Of a stretch of 64,000 nucleotides of DNA, positions 1 through 13,528 are shown piece by piece (position 1 is the stretch's first letter; each line of letters starts with the position of its first letter). A program made the translations under genes and the position numbers. Below the pieces are notes generated by a model, which saw only the letters and a program-made list of their open reading frames with translations, was not told the DNA's origin and made no database searches. Source of the DNA: Balanoglossus misakiensis. Its lineage: Eukaryota > Animalia > Hemichordata. The stretch lies in the NCBI GenBank assembly GCA_040954595.2, contig CM082579.2, positions 14,856,550 through 14,920,549 on the forward strand, written 5' to 3'.

Positions 1-3000
1 AAATGACAAATTTTCGACTGCAAAATCTCAAAATTTCGTCGATTTTTGAAATAAATCATTGTTGAAAATTATCAAAAAATGACAAATTTTCCTCTTTGCA
101 AAATCTCAAAATTTCGTCGATTTTTTGAAAAAAGACGGATGAAAATCATCTAAAATGACAAATTTTCGACTTTGCAAAATCTCAAAATTTCGTTGATTTT
201 TGAAAAAAATCATGGGGGAAAATCATCAAAAAATGACAAATTTACGACTACAAAATCTCAAAATTTCGTCGATTTGTGAAAAAAAAATCATTGGTGAAAA
301 TCATCAAAAAATGACAAATTTTCGACTTTGCAAAATCTCAAAATTTTGCCAATTTGAAAAAATCATGGGTGAAAATCATCAAAAATGACAATTTTTTACT
401 GCAAAATCTCAAATTTTCGTCGATTTTTTAAAAAAATTGTTGAAAATCATCAAAAAATGACAAATTTTCCTCTTTGCAAAATCTCAAAATTTCGTCGATT
501 TTTGAAAAAAGACATTGGTGAAAATCATCAAAAAATGACAAATTTTCGACTGCAAAAACTCAAAATTTCGTCAATTTTGAAAAAAATCATGGGTGAAAAT
601 CATCAAAAAATGACAAATTTTTTACTGCAAAATCTCAAATTTTCGTCGATTTTTTAAAAAAATTGTTGAAAATCATCAAAAAATGACAAATTTTGACTGC
701 AAAATCTCAAAATTTCGTCGATTTTTGAAAAAAAAATCATTGTTGAAAATCATCAAAAAATGACAAAATTTTCCTCTTTGCAAAATCTCAAAATTTCGTC
801 GATTTTTGAAAAAAGACATTGGTGAAAATCATCAAAAAATGACAAATTTTCGACTGCAAAAACTCAAAATTTCGTCAATTTTGAAAAAAATCATGGGTGA
901 AAATCTTCAAAAAATGACAAATTTTCCTCTTTGCAAAATCTATAAATTTCGTCGATTTTTGAAAAATTTTCAACTTAGCAAAATCTCAAAATTTCGTCGA
1001 TTTTAGAAAAAAATCATGGGGGAAAATCATCAAAAAATGACAAATTTTCGACTGCAAAATCTCAAAATTTCGTCGATTTTTGAAATAAATCATTGTTGAA
1101 AATTATCAAAAAATGACAAATTTTCCTCTTTGCAAAATCTCAAAATTTCGTCGATTTTTTGAAAAAAGACGGGTGAAAATAATCTAAAAATGACAAATTT
1201 TCGACTTTGCAAAATCTCAAAATTTCGTTGATTTTTGAAAAAAATCATGGGTGAAAATCATCAAAAAATGACAAATTTACGACTACAAAATCTCAAAATT
1301 TCGTCGATTTGTGAGAAAAATCATGGGTGAAAATCATCAAAAAATGACAAATTTTCGACTTTGCAAAATCTCAAATTTTCGTCGATTTTTGAAAAAAATC
1401 ATGGGGGAAAATGATCAAAAAATGACAAATTTTCGACTGCAAAATCTCAAAATTTCGTCAATTTTGAAAAAAATCATGGGTGAAAATCATGAAAAAATGA
1501 CAATTTTTTTACTGCAAAATCTCAAAATTTCATCGATTTTTGAAAAAAATCATGGGTGAAAATCATCAAAAAATGACAAATTTTCGACTTTGCAAAATCT
1601 CAAAATTTCGTCGATTTTTGAAGAAAATCAAGGGTGAAAATCATCAAAAAATGACAAATTTTCGACTTTGCAAAATCTCAAAATTTCGTCGATTTTTGAA
1701 AAAAATAATGGGGAAAATGATCAAAAAATGACAAATTTTCGACTGCAAAAACTCAAAATTTCGTCAATTTTGAAAAAAATCATGGGTGAAAATCATCAAA
1801 AAATGACAAATTTTCCTCTTTGCAAAATCTCAAAATTTCGTCGATTTTTTGAAAAAAGACGGGTGAAAATCATCTAAAAATGACAAATTTTCGACTTTGC
1901 AAAATCTCAAAATTTCGTTGATTTTTGAAAAAAATCACGGGGGAAAATCATCAAAAAATGACAAATTTACGACTACAAAATCTCAAAATTTCGTCGATTT
2001 GTGAAAAAAAATCATGGGTGAAAATCATCAAAAAATGGCAAATTTTCGACTTTGCAAAATCTCAAAATTTCGTCGATTTTTGAAAAAATCATGGGTGAAA
2101 ATCATCAAAAAATGACAAATTTTCGACTTTGCAAAATCTCAAAATTTCGTCGATTTTTGAAAAAAATAATGGGGAAAATGATCAAAAAATGACAAATTTT
2201 CGACTGCAAAAACTCAAAATTTCGTCAATTTTGAAAAAAATCATGGGTGAAAATCATCAAAAAATGACAAATTTTCCTCTTTGCAAAATCTCAAAATTTC
2301 GTCGATTTTTTGAAAAAAGACGGGTGAAAATCATCTAAAAATGACAAATTTTCGACTTTGCAAAATCTCAAAATTTCGTTGATTTTGGAAAAAAATCACG
2401 GGGGAAAATCATCAAAAAATGACAAATTTACGACTACAAAATCTCAAAATTTCGTCGATTTGTGAAAAAAAATCATGGGTGAAAATCATCAAAAAATGGC
2501 AAATTTTCGACTTTGCAAAATCTCAAAATTTCGTCGATTTTTGAAAAAATCATGGGTGAAAATCATCAAAAAATGACAAATTTTCGACTTTGCAAAATCT
2601 GAAAATTTTGTTGAATTTTGAAAAAAATCATGGGGGAAAATGATCAAAAAATGACAAATTTTCGACTGCAAAATCTCAAAATTTCGTCAATTTTGAAAAA
2701 AATCATGGTCGAAAATCATCAAATAATGACAATATTTTTACTGCAAAATCTCAAAATTTCATCGATTTTTGAAAAAAATCATGGGTGAAAATCATCAAAA
2801 AATGACAAATTTTCGACTTTGCAAAATCTCAAAATTTCGTCGATTTTTGAAAAAAATCATGGGGAAAATGATCAAAAAATGACAAATTTTCGACTGCAAA
2901 ATTTCAAAATTTCGTCAATTTTAAAAAAATCATGGGTGAAAATCAACAAAAAATGACAAATTTTCGACTGCAAAATCTCAAAAATTCGTCGATTTTTGAA

Positions 3001-6000
3001 AAAAAACGGGTGAAAATCATCAAAAAATGACAAATTTTCGACTGCAAAGACTCAAAATTTCGTCAATTTTGAAAAAAATCATGGGTGAAAATCATCAAAA
3101 AATGACAAATTTTCCTCTTTGCAAAATCTATAAATTTCGTCGATTTTTGAAAAATTTTCAACTTTGCAAAATCTCAAAATTTCGTCGATTTTTGAAAAAA
3201 AATCATGGGGGAAAATCATCAAAAAATGACAAATTTTCGACTGCAAAATCTCAAAATTTCGTCGATTTTTGAAATAAATCATTGTTGAAAATTATCAAAA
3301 AATGACAAATTTTCCTCTTTGCAAAATCTCAAAATTTCGTCGATTTTTTGTAAAAAGACGGATGAAAATCATCTAAAAATGACAAATTTTCGACTTTGCA
3401 AAATCTCAAAATTTCGTTGATTTTTGAAAAAAATCATGGGGGAAAATCATCAAAAAATGACAAATTTACGACTACAAAATCTCAAAATTTCGTCGATTTG
3501 TGAAAAAAAATCATTGGTGAAAATCATCAAAAAATGACAAATTTTCGACTTTGCAAAATCTCAAAATTTTGCCAATTTTGAAAAAATCATGGGTGAAAAT
3601 CATCAAAAAATGACAAATTTTTTACTGCAAAATCTCAAATTTTCGTCGATTTTTTAAAAAAATTGTTGAAAATCATCAAAAAATGACAAATTTTCCTCTT
3701 TGCAAAATCTCAAAATTTCGTCGATTTTTGAAAAAAGACATTGGTGAAAATCATCAAAAAATGACAAATTTTCGACTGCAAAAACTCAAAATTTCGTCAA
3801 TTTTGAAAAAAATCATGGGTGAAAATCATCAAAAAATGACAAATTTTTTACTGCAAAATCTCAAATTTTCGTCGATTTTTTAAAAAAATTGTTGAAAATC
3901 ATCAAAAAATGACAAATTTTTGACTGCAAAATCTCAAAATTTCGTCGATTTTTGAAAAAAAATCATTGTTGAAAATCATCAAAAAATGACAAATTTTCCT
4001 CTTTGCAAAATCTCAAAATTTCGTCGATTTTTGAAAAAAGACATTGGTGAAAATCATCAAAAAATGACAAATTTTCGACTGCAAAAACTCAAAATTTCGT
4101 CAATTTTGAAAAAAATCATGGGTGAAAATCTTCAAAAAATGACAAATTTTCCTCTTTGCAAAATCTATAAATTTCGTCGATTTTTGAAAAATTTTCAACT
4201 TAGCAAAATCTCAAAATTTCGTCGATTTTAGAAAAAAATCATGGGGGAAAATCATCAAAAAATGACAAATTTTCGACTGCAAAATCTCAAAATTTCGTCG
4301 ATTTTTGAAATAAATCATTGTTGAAAATTATCAAAAAATGACAAATTTTCCTCTTTGCAAAATCTCAAAATTTCGTCGATTTTTTGAAAAAAGACGGGTG
4401 AAAATAATCTAAAAATGACAAATTTTCGACTTTGCAAAATCTCAAAATTTCGTTGATTTTTGAAAAAAATCATGGGTGAAAATCATCAAAAAATGACAAA
4501 TTTTCGACTTTGCAAAATCTCAAAATTTTGCCAATTTTGAAAAAATCATGGGTGAAAATCATCAAAAAATGACAAATTTTTGACTGCAAAATCTCAAAAT
4601 TTCGTCGATTTTTGAAAAAAAATCATTGTTGAAAATCATCAAAAAATGACAAATTTTCCTCTTTGCAAAATCTCAAAATTTCGTCGATTTTTGAAAAAAG
4701 ACATTGGTGAAAATCATCAAAAAATGACAAATTTTCGACTGCAAAAACTCAAAATTTCGTCAATTTTGAAAAAAATCATGGGTGAAAATCATCAAAAAAT
4801 GACAAATTTTTTACTGCAAAATCTCAAATTTTCGTCGATTTTTTAAAAAAATTGTTGAAAATCATCAAAAAATGACAAATTTTTGACTGCAAAATCTCAA
4901 AATTTCGTCGATTTTTGAAAAAAAATCATTGTTGAAAATCATCAAAAAATGACAAATTTTCCTCTTTGCAAAATCTCAAAATTTCGTCGATTTTTGAAAA
5001 AAGACATTGGTGAAAATCATCAAAAAATGACAAATTTTCGACTGCAAAAACTCAAAATTTCGTCAATTTTGAAAAAAATCATGGGTGAAAATCATCAAAA
5101 AATGACAAATTTTCCTCTTTGCAAAATCTATAAATTTCGTCGATTTTTGAAAAATTTTCAACTTAGCAAAATCTCAAAATTTCGTCGATTTTAGAAAAAA
5201 ATCATGGGGGAAAATCATCAAAAAATGACAAATTTTCGACTGCAAAATCTCAAAATTTCGTCGATTTTTGAAATAAATCATTGTTGAAAATTATCAAAAA
5301 ATGACAAATTTTCCTCTTTGCAAAATCTCAAAATTTCGTCGATTTTTTGAAAAAAGACGGGTGAAAATAATCTAAAAATGACAAATTTTCGACTTTGCAA
5401 AATCTCAAAATTTCGTTGATTTTTGAAAAAAATCATGGGTGAAAATCATCAAAAAATGACAAATTTACGACTACAAAATCTCAAAACTTCGTCGATTTGT
5501 GAAAAAAATCATGGGTGAAAATCATCAAAAAATGACAAATTTTCGACTTTGCAAAATCTCAAAATTTTGCCAATTTTGAAAAAATCATGGGTGAAAATCA
5601 TCAAAAAATGACAAATTTTTTACTGCAAAATCTCAAATTTTCGTCGATTTTTTAAAAAAATTGTTGAAAATCATCAAAAAATGACAAATTTTTGACTGCA
5701 AAATCTCAAAATTTCGTCGATTTTTGAAAAAAGACATGGGTGAAAATCATCAAAAAATGACAAATTTTCGACTTTGCAAAATCTCAAAATTTCGTCGATT
5801 TTTGAAAAAATCATGGGTGAAAATCATGAAAAAATGACAAATTTTCGACTTTGCAAAATCTGAAAATTTCGTCGATTTTTGAAAAAAATCATGGGGGAAA
5901 ATGATCAAAAAATGACAAATTTTCGACTGCAAAATCTCAAAATTTCGTCAATTTTGAAAAAAATCATGGTCGAAAATCATCAAATAATGACAATTTTTTT

Positions 6001-9000
6001 ACTGCAAAATCTCAAAATTTCATCGATTTTTGAATAAAATCATGGGTGAAAATCATCAAAAAATGACAAATTTTCGACTTTGCAAAATCTCAAAATTTCG
6101 TCGATTTTTGAAGAAAATCAAGGGTGAAAATCATCAAAAATGACAAATTTTCGACTTTGCAAAATCTGAAAATTTCGTCGATTTTTGAAAAAAATCATGG
6201 GTGAAAATCATCAAAAAATGACAAATTTTTGACTGCAAAATCTCAAAATTTCGTCGATTTTTGAAGAAAATCATGGGTGAAAATCATCAAAAAATGACAA
6301 ATTTTCGACTTTGCAAAATCTCAAAATTTCGTCGATTTTTGAAAAAAAATCATGGGGAAAATGATCAAAAAATGACAAATTTTCGACTGCAAAATTTCAA
6401 AATTTCGTCAATTTTGAAAAAATCATGGGTGAAAATCATCAAAAAATGACAAATTTTCCTCTTTGCAAAATCTATAAATTTCGTCGATTTTTGAAAAATT
6501 TTCAACTTTGCAAAATCTCAAAATTTCGTCGATTTTAGAAAAAAATCATGGGGGAAAATCATCAAAAAATGTCAAATTTTCGACTGCAAAATCTCAAAAT
6601 TTCGTCGATTTTTGAAATAAATCATTGTTGAAAATTATCAAAAAATGACAAATTTTCCTCTTTGCAAAATCTCAAAATTTCGTCGATTTTTTGAAAAAAG
6701 ACGGGTGAAAATCATCTAAAAATGACAAATTTTCGACTTTGCAAAATCTCAAAATTTCGTTGATTTTTGAAAAAAATCATGGGGGAAAATCATCAAAAAA
6801 TGACAAATTTTCGACTTTGCAAAATCTCAAAATTTTGCCAATTTTGAAAAAATCATGGGTGAAAATCATCAACAAATGACAAATTTTTTACTGCAAAATC
6901 TCAAATTTTCGTCGATTTTTTAAAAAAAATTGTTGAAAATAATCAAAAAATGACAAATTTTCGACTTTGCAAAATCTCAAAATTTCGTCGATTTTTGAAA
7001 AAAAATCATTGTTGAAAATCATCAAAAAATGACAATTTTTCCTCTTTGCAAAATCTCAAAATTTCGTCGATTTTTGAAAAAAGACATTGGTGAAAATCAT
7101 CAAAAAATGACAAATTTTCGACTGCAAAAACTCAAAATTTCGTCAATTTTGAAAAAAATCATGGGTGAAAATCATCAAAAAATGACAAATTTTCCTCTTT
7201 GCAAAATCTATAAATTTCGTCGATTTTTGAAAAATTTTCAACTTAGCAAAATCTCAAAATTTCGTCGATTTTAGAAAAAAATCATGGGGGAAAATCATCA
7301 AAAAATGACAAATTTTCGACTGCAAAATCTCAAAATTTCGTCGATTTTTGAAATAAATCATTGTTGAAAATTATCAAAAAATGACAAATTTTCCTCTTTG
7401 CAAAATCTCAAAATTTCGTCGATTTTTTGAAAAAAGACGGGTGAAAATCATCTAAAAATGACAAATTTTCGACTTTGCAAAATCTCAAAATTTCGTTGAT
7501 TTTTGAAAAAAATCATGGGTGAAAATCATCAAAAAATGACAAATTTACGACTACAAAATCTCAAAATTTCGTCGATTTGTGAAAAAAAATCATGGGTGAA
7601 AATCATCAAAAAATGACAAATTTTCGACTTTGCAAAATCTCAAAATTTTGCCAATTTTGAAAAAATCATGGGTGAAAATCATCAAAAAATGACAAATTTT
7701 TTACTGCAAAATCTCAAATTTTCGTCGATTTTTTAAAAAAATTGTTGAAAATCATCAAAAAATGACAAATTTTTGACTGCAAAATCTCAAAATTTCGTCG
7801 ATTTTTGAAAAAAGACATGGGTGAAAATCATCAAAAAATGACAAATTTTCGACTTTGCAAAATCTCAAAATTTCGTCGATTTTTGAAAAAATCATGGGTG
7901 AAAATCATGAAAAAATGACAAATTTTCGACTTTGCAAAATCTGAAAATTTCGTCGATTTTTGAAAAAAATCATGGGGGAAAATGATCAAAAAATGACAAA
8001 TTTTCGACTGCAAAATCTCAAAATTTCGTCAATTTTGAAAAAAATCATGGTCGAAAATCATCAAATAATGACAATTTTTTTACTGCAAAATCTCAAAATT
8101 TCATCGATTTTTGAAAAAAATCATGGGTGAAAATCATCAAAAAATGACAAATTTTCGACTTTGCAAAATCTCAAAATTTCGTCGATTTTTGAAGAAAATC
8201 AAGGGTGAAAATCATCAAAAAATGACAAATTTTCGACTTTGCAAAATCTGAAAATTTCGTCGATTTTTGAAAAAAATTATGGGTGAAAATCATCAAAAAA
8301 TGACAAATTTTTGACTGCAAAATCTCAAAATTTCGACGATTTTGGAAGAAAATCATGGGTGAAAATCATCAAAAAATGACAAATTTTCGACTTTGCAAAA
8401 TCTCAAAATTTCGTCGATTTTTGAAAAAAAATCATGGGGAAAATGATCAAAAAATGACAAATTTTCGACTGCAAAATTTCAAAATTTCGTCAATTTTGAA
8501 AAAATCATGGGTGAAAATCATCAAAAAATGACAAATTTTCCTCTTTGCAAAATCTATAAATTTCGTCGATTTTTGAAAAATTTTCAACTTTGCAAAATCT
8601 CAAAATTTCGTCGATTTTAGAAAAAAATCATGGGGGAAAATCATCAAAAAATGTCAAATTTTCGACTGCAAAATCTCAAAATTTCGTCGATTTTTGAAAT
8701 AAATCATTGTTGAAAATTATCAAAAAATGACAAATTTTCCTCTTTGCAAAATCTCAAAATTTCGTCGATTTTTTGAAAAAAGACGGGTGAAAATCATCTA
8801 AAAATGACAAATTTTCGACTTTGCAAAATCTCAAAATTTCGTTGATTTTTGAAAAAAATCATGGGGGAAAATCATCAAAAAATGACAAATTTTCGACTTT
8901 GCAAAATCTCAAAATTTTGCCAATTTTGAAAAAATCATGGGTGAAAATCATCAACAAATGACAAATTTTTTACTGCAAAATCTCAAATTTTCGTCGATTT

Positions 9001-10672
9001 TTTAAAAAAAATTGTTGAAAATAATCAAAAAATGACAAATTTTTGACTGCAAAATCTCAAAATTTCGTCGATTTTTGAAAAAAAATCATTGTTGAAAATC
9101 ATCAAAAAATGACAATTTTTCCTCTTTGCAAAATCTCAAAATTTCGTCGATATTTGAAAAAAGACATGGGTGAAAATCATCAAAAAATGACAAATTTTCG
9201 ACTTTGCAAAATCTCAAAATTTCGTCGATTTTTGAAAAAATCATGGGTGAAAATCATGAAAAAATGACAAATTTTCGACTTTGCAAAATCTGAAAATTTC
9301 GTCGATTTTTGAAAAAAATCATGGGGGAAAATGATCAAAAAATGACAAATTTTCGACTGCAAAATCTCAAAATTTCGTCAATTTTGAAAAAAATCATGGT
9401 CGAAAATCATCAAATAATGACAATTTTTTTACTGCAAAATCTCAAAATTTCATCGATTTTTGAAAAAAATCATGGGTGAAAATCATCAAAAAATGACAAA
9501 TTTTCGACTTTGCAAAATCTCAAAATTTCGTCGATTTTTGAAGAAAATCAAGGGTGAAAATCATCAAAAAATGACAAATTTTAGACTTTGCAAAATCTCA
9601 AAATTTCGTCGATTTTTGAAAAAAATTATGGGGAAAATGATCAAAAAATGACAAATTTTCGACTGCAAAATTTCAAAATTTCGTCAATTTTGAAAAAATC
9701 ATGGGTGAAAATCATCAAAAAATGACAAATTTTCGACTGCAAAATCTCAAAATTTCGTCGATTTTTGGAAAAAAAACGGGTGAAAATCATCAAAAAATGA
9801 CAAATTTTCGACTGCAAAGACTCAAAATTTCGTCAATTTTGAAAAAAATCATGGGTGAAAATCATCAAAAAATGACAAATTTTCCTCTTTGCAAAATCTA
9901 TAAATTTCGTCGATTTTTGAAAAATTTTCAACTTTGCAAAATCTCAAAATTTCGTCGATTTTTGAAAAAAATCATGGGGGAAAATCATCAAAAAATGACA
10001 AATTTTCGACTGCAAAATCTCAAAATTTCGTCGATTTTTGAAATAAATCATTGTTGAAAATTATCAAAAAATGACAAATTTTCCTCTTTGCAAAATCTCA
10101 AAATTTCGTCGATTTTTTGAAAAAAGACGGGTGAAAATCATCTAAAAATGACAAATTTTCGACTTTGCAAAATCTCAAAATTTCGTTGATTTTTGAAAAA
10201 AATCATGGGGGAAAATCATCAAAAAATGACAAATTTACGACTACAAAATCTCAAAATTTCGTCGATTTGTGAAAAAAAATCATGGGTGAAAATCATCAAA
10301 AAATGAGAAATTTTCGACTTTGCAAAATCTCAAAATTTTGCCAATTTTGAAAAAATCATGGGTGAAAATCATCAAAAAATGACAAATTTTTGACAGCAAA
10401 ATCTCAAAATTTCGTCGATTTTTGAAAAAAAATCATTGTTGAAAATCATCACAAAATGACAAATTTTCCTCTTTGCAAAATCTCAAAATTTCGTCGATTT
10501 TTGAAAAAAGACATGGGTGAAAATCATCAAAAAATGACAAATTTTAGACTTTGCAAAATCTCAAAATTTCGTCGATTTTTGAAAAAAAATCATGGAGGAA
10601 AATCATTAAAAAATGACAAATTTACGACTGCAAAATCTCAAAATTTCGTCGATTTGTGAAAAAAAATCATGG
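1..10672. repeat. Satellite array, 76-78-bp A/T-tract monomer, with higher-order duplications; runs off the left edge of the window
   Basis: Consensus AAAATCATCAAAAAATGACAAATTTTCGAC(TT)TGCAAAATCTCAAAATTTCGTCGATTTTTGAAAAAAATCATGGGTG is repeated head-to-tail (AATCATC at 1561 and 1639 gives 78 bp; the CGACTGC variant is 76 bp). All ORFs here are frame-shifting translations of the monomer. Confidence 0.98.
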
Positions 10673-10706
10673 CGCGCGCTCACAATCGTGCAGATTTTCA
10701 ACTAGT
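10671..10706 (+). mobile_element. Helitron-like 3' terminus (GC-rich hairpin, then CTAG|T) closing the satellite
   Basis: The last monomer runs into GGCGCGCGCTCACAATCGTGCAGATTTTCAACTAG|T. A short imperfect stem (GCGCG...CGTGC) lies about 10 nt upstream of CTAG (10702-10705), which is followed by T. Confidence 0.5.
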
Positions 10707-10807
10707 TACCAGCCCCTTGTTAGACTCTGAAAACGGCTTAGTCCAAATCGGGGTGTAATGTCCTATAAAGGCCCATAGCAACGAGCAAAGAGATCCCAGG
10801 GACCCAT

Positions 10808-12925
10808 CTTAAAACTGTACATATTGCGTCTAAAAACTTCACCAAGTGACAATACATGTACATGGTTTGTAACAAACATACCCGATGCACAGCAAAATGG
10901 CGGAAGACCGAGAAATCTTCTCCAAACATTATTGTACATAGTTTTAAATTTTTTCATCGGTTTAACTTTACAGGATGCCCACAAACTGCAACAGTAAATA
11001 TTACTACAATATGCCAAAAATAAAACTTTCTTCACATCTTGACTACAATGTTGAAAATGTCTCAATAGCATGTTTGCTCTTACACAAAATGCTCTTCTCT
11101 GTCGTTCAATATCTTCATTATCACAACCATCACAAGATATAACATGGCCCAGATAGGTGTGTACAGGTACAAACTTTAAAGTGATGTCATTAAGTTTAAC
11201 CGAAGGAATTCTTTGAACGCTCATATTCTTCCCATTAAAAAGCATGCACACAGTTTTACTAGAATTATAAATGATATCATAATCCTTGCCATAAATTTCA
11301 CAAATTCTAAGAAGACGGCGTAGACCCTTAATACTTGGACTGAGTAGAGTCATGTCGTCAGCGTAACCTAAAGTGTTAGCGCTGACACCAGACATGGTAC
11401 AGCCAACTTTGGCTTTACAGAGTGCATTGATAATATCATCAATGTAGACATTAAAAAGATAGGGAGAGAGTACCCCCCCCCCCCTTGTCTTACACCGTTA
11501 GAAACAGAAAACAACTCTGAGGGTTCATTACCCCACAACACAGTAAACAATTGATTTCTGTACCATTAATATAAAATTCGTACAGCATACAAGGGAACAT
11601 TCCTGTCGATGTGCTTGTTAATTATAACCAGTTTAAAGTGATTAACTCTGTCAAAAGCTTTTGAAGCATCCAGAAAACAAGTAAACACTGGTCTTCCATT
11701 GCTGGTGTAGTAGCTAATGATTTCTTTAAATGCAAATAAACACAGGTCAGTTGAATGTTCTCGCTTGAAACCAAATTGTAAATAATGAGAGGTAAGAAAC
11801 TCCTCACAACGAAAAAGTAAAATATGCTCAAAAACTTTAGAGAAAACAGTTGCTAGTGCTATCGGCCGGTAGTTACTGGCATCACTACAAAGCTTAGTTT
11901 TATCCTTAATAATTGGAACTAAATTAACATTGATAGCCTCAGTTGGCAGGTAACCATGAACAATCATTGCATTAATACAACAAGTCAGAAAGGGTAAAAT
12001 AGAGGAGTCTGAGAATTTGAGGTGCTCAGCTAAAATATTGTCAATGCCAGCTGTCTTACCGTCAGGTAACTTATGTATAGCAGAAATTACTTCGTCTTCA
12101 GAAACATACATATCAGAAGAAAATTTAACATACTTCATTTTCTCCTCGATGTCATTTTTACCAGTCTGAGCCTTGACAGAATTCAAAATATCACTGAAAT
12201 GCTTGTGCCACATAATTGCAATTTCACTCTCACCAGTCGCTCCACCTACAGTGTCAGAAAGCGGCGTTTTTCTGCTAGTTTGCTTTCTGACTTCCTCCCA
12301 GAAGTCGTTCTGTTTGTGGCAGCGTAAATTATCAGCCATCTTGTCAGCCCTATTTTGATTCTCAATCTTTTTACAAGCACGTAAAGCATACTAAAAACGA
12401 GCTCTGGAAGATTTCATGGTTTCAAAAAGCGGGCCTTGTTTAGGTTTACCCACATTAACCCATAATAAAAACATGGAACGGGCATAGTCGTGACTTTCTT
12501 TTACAAAATCGTTCCAGCCAGGCACAACATGAACTTTCTGGTGAAACTTACGTCTAATGGTATCTTTTGCAGCACAATTCAATGCGTCCACAATACTACT
12601 ATAACAAGTATCAATTGCCTGTAAATGCGAAGGGTCTGTACAGTTCACATTAGTGCAGAATAACTCTTCGGATAAATTAATCTTATCAATCTTGGCTTTG
12701 GTACAACCGGTGTAGGCGGATATATTCTGCTGTGACAATTTTTTCCAATCAACTCGAAAATTACATTGCTTGAAGGAACTACTGCTGAAGCTTTCATCAG
12801 CAGAAGTGTTGAAATGAACCTCTATTGAAACAGGAATATGGTCGGAGTCAACAACATTGCAAAGACTCGAAATTGAAAGAACATTGCTATGAGAAATTTC
12901 AGTGGTAACACAGTAGTCAATCCAA
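10808..12925 (-). mobile_element. Degraded non-LTR retrotransposon ORF2 (APE C-terminus + reverse transcriptase), RTEX-like, truncated at both ends
   Basis: Minus-strand motifs: WIDYC and SDHIP (APE end, about 12830-12925), PGWNDFVKESHDYAR, NYRPIAL, QFGFK, FLDASKAFDRVNH, NGVRQGG, YADD, YLGH, RANMLLRHF. There is a stop at 12391 and frameshifts near 11566 and the poly-C at about 11475. The clade call is from recalled similarity. Confidence 0.93.
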
Positions 12926-13099
12926 ACTCAGCGTAATTCAATAAAACGCCCTAACACAGCCTGAACTCCGATAATGTGTTGTCCCAAAATTCATTCCGTG
13001 GAAAATAATCACTGGTCTGTTTACGTATTTCAGCCGATTTTCCAAGGACTACTGCAACCCGCCAGAAGTGAGTAGCCTGCTAATGAGATCTCCACAACA

Positions 13100-13528
13100 T
13101 AACGTAATGACGGTCAAAGTCCGATGCCCCAGTGTCCGTCCTCAGCCCACCAAAAAAAGCGAAAAAATATTACAAAAATCTTCTTCTCAAAATCGACGTG
13201 GCCTAGGACCTTGAAATTTGGCACAGGGGATTTTGGCCACATGGTCTACAAAAATCGCGAAAAGAATGTACATGCCCCCATTAACGTGCAAATTAGGTCA
13301 ATTTGAAAATTTCGCTCGATTATAGCAACAAAGTCACGTGACTAATTACAAATTCAAAGGGCTGGTGCACCAGTACTATGGGCCCCAACCGCCGTGCCAA
13401 ATTTGGAAGGCGCACCTGCCGGAATTTCAGAGAAAAACGGGCGCAAAAAAACGACTCAAGAAGAAAGAAGACAAACTCCAGCAATAACAGAAGGGGACCA
13501 AGCGCCTGAGGGCTCTTGGTCCCCTAAA
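13100..13528 (-). mobile_element. Non-autonomous Helentron-associated (HINE/pearl-like) element end; left boundary approximate
   Basis: Terminal hairpin GGGGACCAAG...CTTGGTCCCC (13493-13524) followed by TAAA, preceded by a GAA-rich simple tract and AAATTTGG/CCAAATTT-type internal motifs. Confidence 0.55.

Noticed and set aside
1140-1180. CENP-B-box-like words (TTCGT...CGGG) in the satellite
   Set aside because: The spacing does not fit the 17-bp box, and only a minority of monomers carry CGGG.
200-10659. Many short K/F/N-rich ORFs
   Set aside because: They are translations of the satellite monomer, with frequent homopolymer frameshifts.
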